From positions 1,049,760-1,113,759 of the forward strand of contig NW_015170892.1 of the NCBI RefSeq assembly GCF_001447785.1: a stretch of 64,000 bases of DNA. The letters are read 5' to 3'. This DNA is from Gekko japonicus (taxonomy: Eukaryota). The position numbers were made by a program, and so were the translations under genes. Position 1 is the stretch's first letter. Every line of letters begins with the position of its first letter. Below the pieces are notes generated by a model. That model saw nothing but the letters and a program-made list of their open reading frames with translations, ran no database searches and was not told the DNA's origin. Positions 40,106-52,956 of this stretch are shown here, piece by piece.

Positions 40106-40474
40106 CAAGTGGGGGCCTCTGAGACTCAGAGGGGAATCCCATCCTCCCCACATTCTTTCACTAAGCCCAGCATGGCTCCACTGGGTCCAGCACTGATCTC
40201 TGAACTATCTGGCAGCTGCCGCCAAGCCCGTCGTGGCCTCCAGGCACTCCCTCGGCTGTGCTGTTGCCAGGCCCAGTGAAGAGTCCCAAGCTGCAGGGCT
40301 GCTGCCGCTGGGTCTGAAGTGGTCCCGGGCTCTCTGGCAGCTACTGCCACATCTGGTGGCAGCTCCTGGGATGTGCCACCACTGCCAGACCCAGCACAGC
40401 TCCTTGTCTGCGCTGCCAACAGCAGTATGCCCAGCGCAGCTCCTGGACTGTGCTGCTGTTGGACGCAATACAGA
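40106..40474 (-). mobile_element. Helitron-like element (CTTG end)
   Basis: Minus strand starts A|TCTGTATTG; inverted repeat cctctgag-a-ctcagagg (40116-40132) lies about 10 nt from the cccccaCTTG|T end. Confidence 0.55.
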
Positions 40475-40503
40475 TCCCTAGGCTACGTAGCCACTATTGG
40501 CCA

Positions 40504-41240
40504 CCAGTTTGGTGTAGTGGTTAAGAGCAGTGGGCGCAGAAAGATCTTATATCCAAACTTTTGGCGGCAGCACGTCTAACCATAGCTGCTGGATGGAAAA
40601 CCAGCTCCCCCCCTCTGATACAAACATGGTTTGGAAAAACCTGGGATCAATTTATTTTAGATAAGCTGACGCAGGTCACTCAAGTTACGGCAGTAGATAC
40701 ATCTAAGGCATATGAGCAGTTTGTTGCAGTTTGGTCTAGGGTCCTTCAGTATATGCCAGAAAAGAGCATACTTCCTTCAAAGGCCTCTTATGTTCCCTAG
40801 ATACGCTTTTAGTTTTATTTCTATCCAAGCTCATAGGACACAGTGCATTAGCTCGATCACCATTCTAGAGGTTGGTATTATCATATCATTCACTAGAATG
40901 CAGGCTAGAGGGTAGCAACAAAGTTTATTATTGAGCAGACATGATGGGGTCAGTCGTGTTTATAAGCTTTTTTCGGTTTACAATTTGATGTAATGATAGG
41001 TTTTTATGGTATGTACGAGAATGCTGTTATACTGTTGTGTTCTTCTTAATAATTTTTTTTTTAAAAAAGCAGTGGATTCTAATCTGGAGAACCGGGTTTG
41101 ATTCCACACTCCTCCACATGCAGCTGTTGAGTGACCTTGGGTCAGTCAAAGTGCTCTGACAGCTGTTCTCTCAAGAGCAGTTCTCTCAGAGCTCTCTCAG
41201 CCCCACCTATCTTACAGGGTGTCTGTTGGAAGGAAGGGTA
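40504..41240 (+). mobile_element. Squam3-like SINE split by a nested insertion (SINE parts 40504-40533 and 41068-41240)
   Basis: The two parts join into a sequence colinear with 37459-37660. Confidence 0.8.
40534..41067 (+). mobile_element. 5'-truncated L1/Tx1-type LINE 3' end nested in the SINE
   Basis: AAARLTIAAGWKTSSPPLIQTW...DKLT...FVAVW resembles a non-mammalian L1 ORF2 C-terminus; T-rich 3' UTR, A tail, TSD agcagtgg (40526-40533 / 41068-41075). Confidence 0.72.
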
Positions 41241-42194
41241 GCTAATAGTATATACATAGTTCTGTATCTGTTTCAAGAAATCCCTGGGACTTTCCAGTTC
41301 CTTAGTTCCTATGAAGACATTTTTGTTTATGGCTGGTTGCAGAAGTCATTGAGTTTCACAGTAGCAAAGTATCCAGACCTTGAAAACACACTGTGACATG
41401 AGGCAGGATTATTTTCTTAATAAACACAAGGTATTTTTAACCACAAAATGTTAAATGGGCTTGGGGTTAAAAATTACACCAATGGCAAATCATAGATTTT
41501 GGGAGTTGTTTTGTAACCTGAGTGCTTTTGTTGTTTACAGAAAGCAAGCTGTAAGTGGTAATTGTCTGTTGGCAATGCTGTTTATGACTATACAGGTGAC
41601 ACATTTCTTAAGAGGTCAGAAACGTCTGTATATATTCTGCCAATAAGAGTGCAACCAGGGTGGAAAACTCACGCCAGCCATAGGACTAGTTAATATCTTC
41701 TGATGGTGATTGCTTTTGCCAGTTCACAGCAAAATCTGATAATGAAAACAAACAGATTTGCATGTACTTCAGAATCCATGCAATGGTTCTAGTTGGAATG
41801 AGTGTAACAAAGAAAAGGACCATTGTCATTCTAAAACTTCTGCTCAAAATGCAAGACTAAGACCTTGAAGACTGCTAGTTCACAGTCACATTTACCATCT
41901 TAAAAGAAAACAAGCAGAACTATATCCTGGCTAATATGAAAGTCAGAAACAACTCTGAACTGAAAGGCCACATAACACTACTTTGTCCTTCTGCACAGAG
42001 AAGCAGTGTCACAGAATAGGGCATGTCACTTACTAGGTCTTCTAGTTGAAGAAATAGCTTCCAAAGTACCCATTTTTGAAGGAGAGGAAGCAAAGGTCAT
42101 AGGCAATCACTGGTATAAACTGAGCAAGAACCAGAGAGAAGCTCCATGATAGTGTGAGTGCTTAATGGTTATAAATTATTAAGAACTTAAAGAA

Positions 42195-42545
42195 ATACTT
42201 CACCAATGGACAAGAAAAATTTAACTCCCTTTAACAATAGGAAATACTTCTTTACAAAATGAATGATTAAAATGCGGAACTCACTGCCAGAGAAGCACAA
42301 TAGCTTTATAAGTGGATTACACAGATTTCATGGAGGACAGGACTTTTAGTGGCTACTGGCCATGTGACTAAAGAAAAGAGGCAGTTAAACCTCTGAATAC
42401 CAGTGCCTGGAGGCAGCATCAGGAGAAGGCCGCTATAACCTGTTTTTGGCCATCCACAGTAACTGGTTGTCCATTATGTAAAATAATATGCTGATCTAGA
42501 TGAATCATAGGCCTTATCAAGCAAGGCTCTTTTTATGTTCTTATG
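42195..42545 (+). mobile_element. CR1 3' fragment
   Basis: aaatacttctttacaaaatgaatgattaaaatgcggaactcactgcc ... ttatgttcttatg tail. Confidence 0.75.
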
Positions 42546-45500
42546 GGGATGGAAGGCTAAGACTAGAGCCAAATGAATTCAGAGGGAAGAAAGGACCAAG
42601 TTCTCAAAGCGTAACAGGTGTTGGTTATTCAAGTGGTTATCTGTGCATTCAATACTACCCACCTTCCTTCCTCACTGCAGGTAAACTGCTTGTAGCAGTG
42701 TCTTTGAATTGGAAGGAACTGAGCAAGAGAGACTAAAGTTCCGCCCACCCCACCCCAAGCATGCACAGTATCTATGCTTTCACACCTTTTTTGTAGCTCT
42801 AGAAGTTTCCAAGATAGTGTTCTGCATGAGCACAGTGTGATGCACAGAGACCACAAAGTAGTAAAATAATGCAATGAACTAGTTAATGGACCAAAATGAA
42901 GAGCCTCCACAATACAGGAAAACCAAGTCAATTTACTCACACAAGATCTCCTTATACAAAGCTTTCTCACATTAAGTAGCACATGGGACTCTTTTGAATG
43001 ACCCTTTAATTGAGGAAATGGCTTGCTGTAAAGGAACAATAGGATAGATGCTGAGAAATACACCACAGGATGAAAGGGTGTAGCGTTTTATGGCAAAGCC
43101 CAGGTGGACTATAGTGAGGACAGAATTGCGCTGGATTCCCAAGCATCTATGAAGTATGCTTCCAAGCTGTTCCAGACAAATGATTCCAGTTCAGTTTCTC
43201 CTTTGTAAAGGGACATTACAATACATACCCCTTTTGCTGTGCCTCTTTAAGAAGCTGACTTTTCTGCTACATCATTTCTACAATTAGATTTTTCTAGAAG
43301 AATGTCTTATGGACTACATCCTGATTCTTACTTCCTAAAAAAAAAATCAAATAGATTTAACAGAATTCTCTTCAGAGCCCTCATATGCCACCTTCATAGA
43401 CTAAACATATGCAAAAATGGTACCTTAGTAAGTCCTGGCAGCCAGTAGTGAAGAGAGTAGCAATAATCTGAATTCAATTTTTTATTCTTGCTTCTGTTTG
43501 TCTAGTTAAGAGTCTATGCTGCACAAACAGCAGGGGAACAGCAGGGGAACAGCTGTCTATTCCATTTGGAAATTTTATATCTGAATTGAGGGGAAGTATT
43601 CCAAAATAATATACAGTATATGAAAATCGAGAAAGCATACTGTGTGTGGATGTTAGAATTTACCATTTGTACTGTAATGTTTTGGCAGCTTGTTTTGAAA
43701 CTAAAAAATTATCTCAAAGCCATCTTGATTTGTATAGCGTATGTGTTCATGCTCCTCAAAACTACACACTTGACAGCCTTCAGCCGAGTTCTATTTCATA
43801 AGAAACCAGTGAGGGCTGTGCTTATGTATGAGGGTCAGTGTGCAGCCATCTTAGAATCTAAGCACTACTGTACTAGTAGATGACCAAAATATTTTATAAT
43901 GGGGGAATGATTGTCCACCTCATTCACTGAACACAGGACAATGGTTTTAAAATGAAATGGTGTCGCATCAAGAATAAAATGTAGAAAACCTTTTTGAAGC
44001 ACCCCACTCTTTTACATTTTTACATGGAAAAAGCCTAGCCAAGTATGCTCTGCTCCATACAATGGATTACAGCCCTCTCTCTGGGTCCTGAGAAAAGCAT
44101 AAACACTCTTTTTTATATTCTTTTCCACTTCTCTGAAGAGTATTTTTACAGTTATTACTGCAAATTTCAAGTGAAATACTGATCAGCCCATACGTTCGTG
44201 TGCATTCGCGTGTGCGCACAGGAACAGTTTTTCAAGCCTGTTGCAGTTTGCTAGCCAGCTACTGAATGGTTCACTTTTATCTGAGACAACCATTTTTTTT
44301 TCTTTTTTAAAAGCTAAATGTACTACACAGAAGTTTGCTGATCTCACAACACTGAGCAAGAAGGAATGCCCACAACTGATTGTACGTAGGGAATGTGGAG
44401 ATGTCAGAACTGAAATAACAGGATGTGTTAGGGGAAGAAGTGTCAGACATCTTCAAACTTTCCCTTCTCCCAGCTCTGCACCCAGCTGTTTGCTCCTGGA
44501 TAGCTTAGTCAGCCTACTGCAGATCCTTCTTCTACTCCTTTTTTATTTTGATCTCCTCTGGTATTAAGTATCTATCATTCATGACACGACCAGGTATGAG
44601 GGAGGTGGCCAGGGACGTATTATGGAGACCTGACCAGATGATCCACAGGGGCCCACAGAAGTCTAGCTGCTGCCTGCTGGGTAAAGGAGCAACACAGAGA
44701 TGATATTTAGGGAGCAGCAAATGCTGTGAACCATTCTTTGAAAAGTCCATCTCTCTTGCCAGACATACGCAAAAATACAATCCAATTTGAGTATACAAAA
44801 CAGGACAGAAAAGAGATTTGGTTGATCTGTCAAGCATCCCCTTTCTAACACTCTCCCCTGAGCGAACTGACATCCAAGCTTTTTGTCCTGAGATCTCATG
44901 AAGTGTTCCTCAAGATTTCATGTCTTCATGTGTGTCAAGTCTCATCTTGGATCTAATTAGCTGTACATAACAAGAAGAGCATGACCCATAGATGGAGGAA
45001 CCATTGTTTACTTCATTATAAGCACATCATTTACCTTTTCAAGGCCAGATTTACACTTCCCTGAAGTGGAGAAGGACTGAAGGGGAGAAGAACCAGTTAA
45101 TACAGCATTCTCTAATGCCTATCTGATCTGGATGGTTCCCTGGTGGCCCAGAGGACTATTTAGCTGACTGCTCAATACAGTGGACTCTTGAACACAGAAA
45201 TATCTAGAAGATGTTGCAATCACTCTTTCATGCCATCTCCATAGCACCTCCCTTACTTAGTTACTAGCACTGAGGCAACCTAGACTCTAAGGATACAGAA
45301 CACAGGATGAGAGTTCAGAGCCTCCTCTTGCCCAGTTCTATTGGATGAGTTTCAGTTTGTCATCAGTCTTACTACATGGCTCCCTAAACCTAGCCTGTAC
45401 TGACTAGTGAAAATGTATCAATGAAAGATGTTAATAATAATCAGGAATGTAATCCATAAGCACAAGAAAACTCTAAGGAAGCAACATCAAAATTTGTATC

Positions 45501-45698
45501 AAAAAGCCCTATCTTAACACCCATGTTTACTATTCTCAGTCACTGAGCAGTCAATCAACTGTTGGTGCTTTGATATGAAATAGGTTATCGGAATTAAATT
45601 CAAACTAGTTTATGGCTAAAGTTTGGAATGGCAACATATTTAGTTGCCTTGGTAGATAATCTATACTGAGAGAAAGTCTGAGGGAGTATGACCCTAAG

Positions 45699-47660
45699 CA
45701 GAGGTCGATTCGGGGGGGATCGCTGTCCCCCCGGGTGAGGTGTGTTCTGGGGTGAGGAGGAGAGGGGAAGGAGTTTTTAAACCGCTCTGAGACTCCAAGT
45801 GAAGGGCGGAGTATAAATCCAATCTCTTCTTCTTCATCATCATCGATTTCCTCATGGTAGAAATGCAGCACACCTCCACTTCCCTGCTGTTCACATCAGT
45901 AGCTCCTTTGCACCCCCGTACGGTTCCCCAAGACAAGTGTCCCGCTCCCCCGCCCCGGTAGTTCCTTCAGGGGTGCCTCCCCTGCCTTGGACCGGCTTCC
46001 CCAGGCCCTGGGCCAGACAAGCTCCTAGTCCTCTTGATCCGCCCCGCGACTGCAGACGCCGTCGCGCTCCCTCTGCCCAGCCTCAGAGACCCTGATTCTC
46101 CACTGTCTACCACCCGGTCTCCACCGCTATTCCCTCCTCCTCCCCTCCTCCTCCCCCTCCTCCACAAACGACTGACCCACCTCCGCCCCCACCCCACTAT
46201 CGCAACGCTCCCCCCGCGAAGGAAGGAGCCGCAAAGCAGAGAGGTGGTTTGCAAGGCGGAAGACGCGCATTGTCTCCTCCGCGCCCCTTTGTGTGCCGAG
46301 TGGGGAGCCGCGCACGTGAGGTTTCAGGAGGTGTGGGACCTTGGACAGGTACAAAGCCATAGACTCCACCACCACTATTCCCTCCTCCTCCTCCTCCTCC
46401 ACAAACAACTGACCCACCTCCGCCCCCGCCCCACTATCGCAACGCTCCCCCCCTCGCGAAGGAAGGAGCCGCAAAGCAGAGAGGCGGTTTGCAAGGTGGA
46501 AGAGGCGCATTGTCTCCTCCGTGCCCCTTTGTGTGCCGAGCAGGGAACCGCGCACGTGGGAAGACTCAGCCGAAACGAATGAGCCGAACTTGCTTTCAGG
46601 GAGGGGGGGCGGTATTACAAAGAGGAGGCGGAGGAGGAGACCCTAGGGCGGCCCAGTCCCCCCCAAAAAAGGAAAGGGAGGGAAAGGGAGGATGAGGCCA
46701 GGACCCAAAAACTCCCACGAGGGCTGTGGAGCGCCCAGTGAAGGAGAGGCCGAGAGGGGAGCGAGCGCCTGAGGAAAGCCCGGCCCGCCAGCCAGGGCCG
46801 CTTACCCACTGGTCTCCAGTCTCCGCGGTTTGCAAGCCTGCCCATTCGGCTCCCCAGCTGGGGGTGGCGGGGCTCCAGTTCACTGGCACTATGGTAGGCT
46901 ATGGCCCTGCCATTGGCTGGAGGAGGCGGGCGGGGGAAGGAATAGCTGGAGGCTCGGGCGCCTGGGTCCCTACAAGGCAGCCGGATGCCTGGGTCCGGCA
47001 GCTCCACCGCATTTGCCTGGAAGCCCGGTTGGGCGGCGGCCGTGTGCTCTGCATATGCTTAGAGGCACCCTCAGCTAGCCTTGTTGCTACACGCATTCCA
47101 GAATGTTGCGGGCTGGTCCTGCTCCGGGTTTGTGAAGGAAGCTGGGTGCCATCGTGGGGAGGGACTAACGGGAACCCCCGGTTGGACTGACATCTCGTTT
47201 GTTCCGGGTGTATATTCGAACCGGGGACTTCTTGCCCCGTAAATGCAGCGGCTCTGATTCGTGGATGAAAAGGAGGCGGTGCCCCTGCTCATGTCGAAGG
47301 TGTGCTTCCTACTCTCTGACTAGGAAACTTTCTGCACATGCTTAGGGATGCTCTGTTGAAATTATTACTTTTCTTCCCCATGCTTTGGAAAGGGACTGGG
47401 GTGTTCTGCATCCGGTGTCAAGTGGCCAAAAATACCAGGTGCCATCAGGAAGTCCACCAGTGGGGCCAGGACACCAGAAGCCCTCCCACTGCTGCCCCCC
47501 CCAAGCACCAAGGCACCATTCATAAGGTTATGACACACTTCCGGTGATGTCAGGGGGTGTGGCCTTATGATACACTTCTGGTGATGTCAGGAGGTGTGGC
47601 ATATGCTAATGAGTTATGCTAATGAGTTCCCCTAGCTGTTTTTCTACGAAACGACCCCTG
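45699..47660. mobile_element. Large non-autonomous hAT element (1962 bp) with GC-rich internal sequence
   Basis: Perfect 8-bp TSD accctaag (45691-45698 / 47661-47668); TIR cagaggtcgattcg / cgaaacgacccctg; right subterminal region shared with 23075-23387. Confidence 0.85.
46121..46558 (+). repeat. Internal direct repeat (about 190-200 bp x2, period about 240) inside the large hAT element
   Basis: 46121-46318 vs 46370-46558; duplicated peptide in ORF 46034..46582. Confidence 0.9.
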
Positions 47661-48030
47661 ACCCTAAGTAACTCTCCTTATTGCCCAGTGCCTTTACTAT
47701 GAACCATGGTATCCCTCTGGACCATTTTCATGGCCTGGGAGTATAAACATTGGTTCCTCTTCTAACACATAGGAATAGTCCTTTAAGTAGTGGGAAACTA
47801 CTGGTTTTCCATGTTGCAGTTGTACTATGAATTCTCACAGGATTCCTACATATCTTCCATGATTTTTAGCATCCACGCAAAACTTCTGAGCTCATTCAAA
47901 GGAACACAGCATCCTAAGACTCCTATTTTTTCCCTTCAGTAACAAGTTGGAGGAAAGTGAATAAACTGAAACTTAACCCAGGCAAGACAAAGATGATAAT
48001 CATCAAGGACTTGCTGATTTTTTTATAAGG

Positions 48031-48032
<2 letters not shown>

Positions 48033-48066
<34 letters not shown>

Positions 48067-48094
48067 AGAGAGAGAGAGAGAGAGAGAGAGACTG
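48033..48094. repeat. Inverted microsatellite cag(TC)n-tgag-(GA)n-ctg
   Basis: Seen directly; self-complementary. Confidence 0.95.
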
Positions 48095-48124
48095 GCTGAC
48101 TCCTTTGTGAATGCCAAGGTTCTA

Positions 48125-48600
48125 GTCAAATTGACTACTGTGGTATACTGTGTACTTTGGTAACTTTTCAGCTTTTCTACTGTCTATATTTTAGATGCCC
48201 ATGAAGACAATTGGAAACTTAATGGATGCAGTAGCCCAGCTTTTGTAGGATCAGGATATAGAATAAATGAAACACTGGCTCCTCCTGAATTACACTGGTT
48301 ACAAGCATGTTTTCTGAGTAGATTTAAGGTGCTGATCTTAAGTTTTATAGTCTTAAATAGCCTGGTTCAGAATATACAAAGAAACGCCTCCTGTATGTCT
48401 CCTTTCGTAGTTAAGATCTGGAGAATTACTGTTGCAGTCTCCACTGTTAGAAGTGAAGCTACCGAAATCAAAGACTAGAATAATTTCAACAATGACTCAA
48501 GTATCATGGAACTTCCTCCCAAGTGAGATTTGTTGGTCCTAATCTATTGTTATTTTTAGACAAATAGTGAAAATGCTATATTTTCAAAGTCTTCTATGAT
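48125..48600 (+). mobile_element. Old L2 3' fragment
   Basis: aaattgactactgt (LDYC), ttacactggtta (LHWL), tttaaggtgctg (FKVL), tggaacttcctccca. Confidence 0.6.
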
Positions 48601-51495
48601 CCTCAAGTTTGCTGCATTTTCCTCTCTATCGCTGCTAATCATTTTGGATTGTGTCATTTTTTGTGTTTCATTTGTTCACTGTTCTTTCATCTTTTAATCA
48701 CATTTAAGGTTGTATCAAAAAGAATTAACTGACAATCCATATCCTACCAGGCCACTCAGCTAACACCAGTGAACTGCTTTGCCACTAGGAGCTGTCCTAT
48801 GACATGAAAGGCTTTTCTTCAGGAGGAAGAGCCTCTTGTGTCAGAGGAAGTCTCCTTGTACCATTACCATTGCCATTACCAGAGCAGAGCATTGCCGTTA
48901 CCAGAGCACAGTGGTAGGATTCAACCCAGGATTGTCACAGCTTCATTTTTCACTTACTTCAACGGAGTTTCCAAAAGTTATGCATCTCATTAATAGAACC
49001 TGGAAATATCTGAGGCGGCAAAAAACGTCATATATGACAACAGAATACGATTAATATACACAAACTCTTCCTACTCACACAAGAAGCAAGAAACTTGTGG
49101 ATCTAACAAATCTTAAGATAAAAGAGCAGTACAATAAAGTACTGTGATCTCGGCTGAAATCAATCCCCACTCAGTCAGGCTTGCAGTAAATAATTCTTTT
49201 CACTTCTTCCTGTGTAGCACTATAGTTAAGAGCATTGTAGTTTACCAGCTTAACGAATCTCAGCCTAGCCATAATTTTTTTGGAGGAGAAACATCTCTCT
49301 GCCTCAGCTTCCCCATTTGTTATATGGAGGTAATAATACCACCCTACCTGACATGGCTTTAATTGGTACTGTTTAGTGGCATGATGTATGTGAGACATTT
49401 TCAACACATAGCAATCATTAGGATTTTATTAGCTCATCTCTTGCTGGTAAAAGATCTTGTTTAGGAAATCAAGAATAAATGATAGCTGAAGCATGACCAG
49501 TGAATAATCAGCTTGCCTCTACTGCCACCTCTCTGTTATTGTCCAGAAAAATAGAATTAATTTTTAAAACCAAAACATTTTTAGTCTGATATGATACTTC
49601 CATAGACATCTGTCTGCCAGTTTGGCTATAATGAATCTAGGAGAGTCTCCACTTTACTGAAAGCAAGCTTTTTGCCAGTCTCGGAAAGCGGCAGAACTGC
49701 CTGTGGGAGAGGAAAGTCAGTCAAATAAGCCAATACTTGCTGGCAAGTGCAGAAGCGATAGCAGAAATATAAGAGCAATTAAAGATATTAAAATAAAATA
49801 TACTTCTCAGAACCCCGAGTAGGCATAAAGACAACGTTGCAAAAGCCAATCCATATGTTTTTTATTTTGGGGTCTGAGAGAAAATTGATACTGCTACTTC
49901 AAACATGAAAGCTACTTTTATCTCCTGAAGGAGTTCAACGAGTTTAAAAAAAACCCAAAAACTTGGTGCCATTTTTATGAGCTATCTTAGGCAAAATGTT
50001 TCCACTGGAGGAGCTGAATTAGTACGTAACCAGCACAATCAGCAGGGTAGGATTTGTACAATGAGGTTCTTTTCTGTCACCTGTTCTCTTCAACATTTAT
50101 ATGAGGCTGCTGAATCCATTAGAACTTTGGAAACGGGTGTCATCAATATGCACATGACAGCCAGCTCTGTATTTCATTACCCAAACCTCTAGATGTGTCT
50201 GCCCTGATTCTAAACTAGTGCTCTGAGGCTGTGGTCTGGTGGCTAAGGCAGAACAAGCTGAGGCTGAATCCATGCAATGATCCAGGCCGGTCTCCTCCCC
50301 TATATCCCCATGCACCAACTGCAATCCTCAGGTTGCCACCTACTGGTGGTTCCCCCATCTAAGGCAACTTGCCTGGCAACCAGAGCCCACCTTCTGCGCT
50401 GTAGTTCCCACTCTGTGGAATGGGCTCACCAAGGAGGTCAATATGTCTTTAGGCATTTTTATGAGGCACTGCAAGGCCATTGTATTTGCCAGGGTTTTTA
50501 ATGCAACATAACTACAGGATTCTGGGGACAGTATTTGGGGATTTTAGCCTGTTGATTTTAAATTGGAATGTTTTTATGATGGGCCTCTCAGCCTAACATA
50601 ACTTCACAGAAAAGCTGTAAGGATAGAAGTGGAGGAGAGAGAGGTAAAATACATATACAGGAAAAACATCAGAAACAACCTTTGCAGTTAAAGACATTTA
50701 AAATAACAGCCAAACATATCCATACCTCTTATATATACTGTTTTCATGCTTAGTTTAAATTGTACAGATCAAATACAACTAATATGAATTAAGATAAGAA
50801 GCACTGGGTTGGATTCAGACTAAATTTACCCACTAATCTCTTAAAAATGTGGGAATGGGGGGGGGCTCATGAACAACGTGAGAGGCAAACTGGGGGTCTG
50901 CAGCAGGAAGAATGAATTGGTAGGACTTACCCCACACACACACCCTTCCATCAGCAGAAAAGTTTGTCTGGCTCCAACTTACTATCTCCTATTTGATGTT
51001 GTATCAGAAAATTCAGAATGCCTTATATCTTCTTAATTAATTTTCCGAGATTTTCAATTATAAAAATTGCACTTTCTTTAGGGTTCAATGGTATGTGTTT
51101 AAATCAACACTTCAAGTTTTTCAGCTTCTTTATAAGGCTCATTTTCCATGAAGTATATCATTTATATATCAAAAAGATACCACGAAGGTGGAACAGAATC
51201 AGAATGCAGCTACATTACGGTATGTAAAATAAAATAAAATGGAGAAGAAAACAATGTAAGTTGCGTTGGGTCCCCATTGGGGAGAAGGGCAGGCTATAAA
51301 TGTAGTAATTTTTTTAAAAAAATGTATATTTAACCACAGGGTTTGGGATCCAGTGATGTACAGAGGAGTCTTGCTCTGACAAATGAACACCTCATTTAGT
51401 AGAAGAGAGTCCCAGGGTCCAAACTTGTGTTGCTAAAATGTGCACAGCCCTATGTAAACCACAGAATAAAAGCAAAGTCCTTCCTCCGTATTTAC

Positions 51496-51655
51496 CTTGT
51501 CGTGGTTTTCAATTAGAATCTCCACTACAATATTCTGAAACTTCAGGTCCATGAGGGCAGCCACAGTTTCTTCCTGTGGCCTCATTAGTGTTGGTCCAAA
51601 CACTACTCCTAAATTTGCTACAGTCATTAGATTCTTCTTGGCATGGTTTGAAACA
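51496..51655 (-). CDS. ARHGAP10: ARHGAP10 coding exon (160 nt), end of RhoGAP: [53 protein letters not shown]
   Basis: Lies within ORF 51433..51708; NxMxxxNLxxVFGPTL RhoGAP signature; cag acceptor, gtaaat donor. Confidence 0.97.
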
Positions 51656-52617
51656 CTGTTCAAGAACAAAAAGGAGAAAACGGAACAACCAAAATTATGA
51701 AGAGTCATTCCTGATATTTGAATACATAACTTGCAAGAAAAATATTACATTCCTTAAATCACAGACACTGAGAGCTAGTGTAAGGTACCAGTTAGAAGAC
51801 CCAGGTTCAAACACTAGTCGTGAAGTTTGCTGGGCAAACTTGGGCCAGTCATTCTCTCTCTCTGACTAACTTACTTTAGAGAATTATTATAAGAATAAAA
51901 AGAAGGGAAGTACAACAATGTATGATGCCATGAGCTCGTTGAAGTAAGGACAGTATTAAAATGTAGTAAAGTAAAATAATTTGTGTAATGATTACTTCTC
52001 CTGTCAAACTTTGAATGATCTTGTATTTTCTCTGCCCTCATCATGTAACGAACTACATTTTAAAATGGAGTAACACATCTATATTTTAACTGACAGAGGC
52101 ATAAAGCCAATTTAACATATACAAATAGATCTCCAACTATCCATAAGGTCTCCTTTCACCATCACTTAAACCTTTAAAAACAGGAATGCAGCCAACAAAC
52201 ATTTATGTGTCTTCATTAATGGATTGCATTTCAGCCTCATTCTCCAAAACACACACACACAGAACAAGGTAAGCTTCACATCTGTTTTTGCAGGTTTCTA
52301 TACAGAATGGTATTTATCTCTGAATGCAAAGGAGAGCTAAAAATATGAACACTAAATTATTATTTTGAAAGGACATTTTTCTTCCATATACCTCGTCCAC
52401 CCACCTTTCTCAGAGGTGAGTCAGGCAATAACTAAGATTTTTAATTGTGGCATCCTGACTTTGAAATGGCTTCCCCAGGGATTATTGTTTGGCACTATAT
52501 CTGTGGTTCTTCCAGCATCAAATGAAGGCTTATTTATTCTCCTATGCTTTTAAGATAATGATTATTAATTCTGGTATTTTAATTCCGTTGACTTGTTCAA
52601 TAATTATGATTGACTTC

Positions 52618-52956
52618 TAGGGCTGCCAAGTGGGGGCGGGTAAACCCCCACTTTGGAGGTCCGATTTCCGCCGCCGCAGAATCGGGCCCCGGGGGGAACT
52701 CCGCCCCCCCGAAGCGCAGCGTGGCCGCGTCACCATAGGTGATACAACCACGTCGATCACGTTGGGGGCGTGGCCCCGATCATCGGAGGGGAAACTCTAA
52801 GGTTTTCCCTCCGGTGATCGGGGTCACGCCCTCAACGTGTCGACGTCGCACGTCACTTCCAGTGACGTCCTGGCGGCGCGCGCACACGTCCACCAACAGC
52901 TCCCGGAGCCCGGCAAGGCTCCCCCACCGCCAAGGTAAATAGACTTGGCAACCCTA
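52618..52956. mobile_element. hAT (Blackjack-like TIR) MITE, CpG-rich
   Basis: TIR tagggctgccaagt / acttggcaacccta; perfect 8-bp TSD ttgacttc (52610-52617 / 52957-52964). Confidence 0.88.

Noticed and set aside
45967-47292. Cluster of ORFs and CpG island suggesting a promoter or nested gene
   Set aside because: Entirely inside a TSD-bounded hAT element; the peptides are low-complexity or duplicated.
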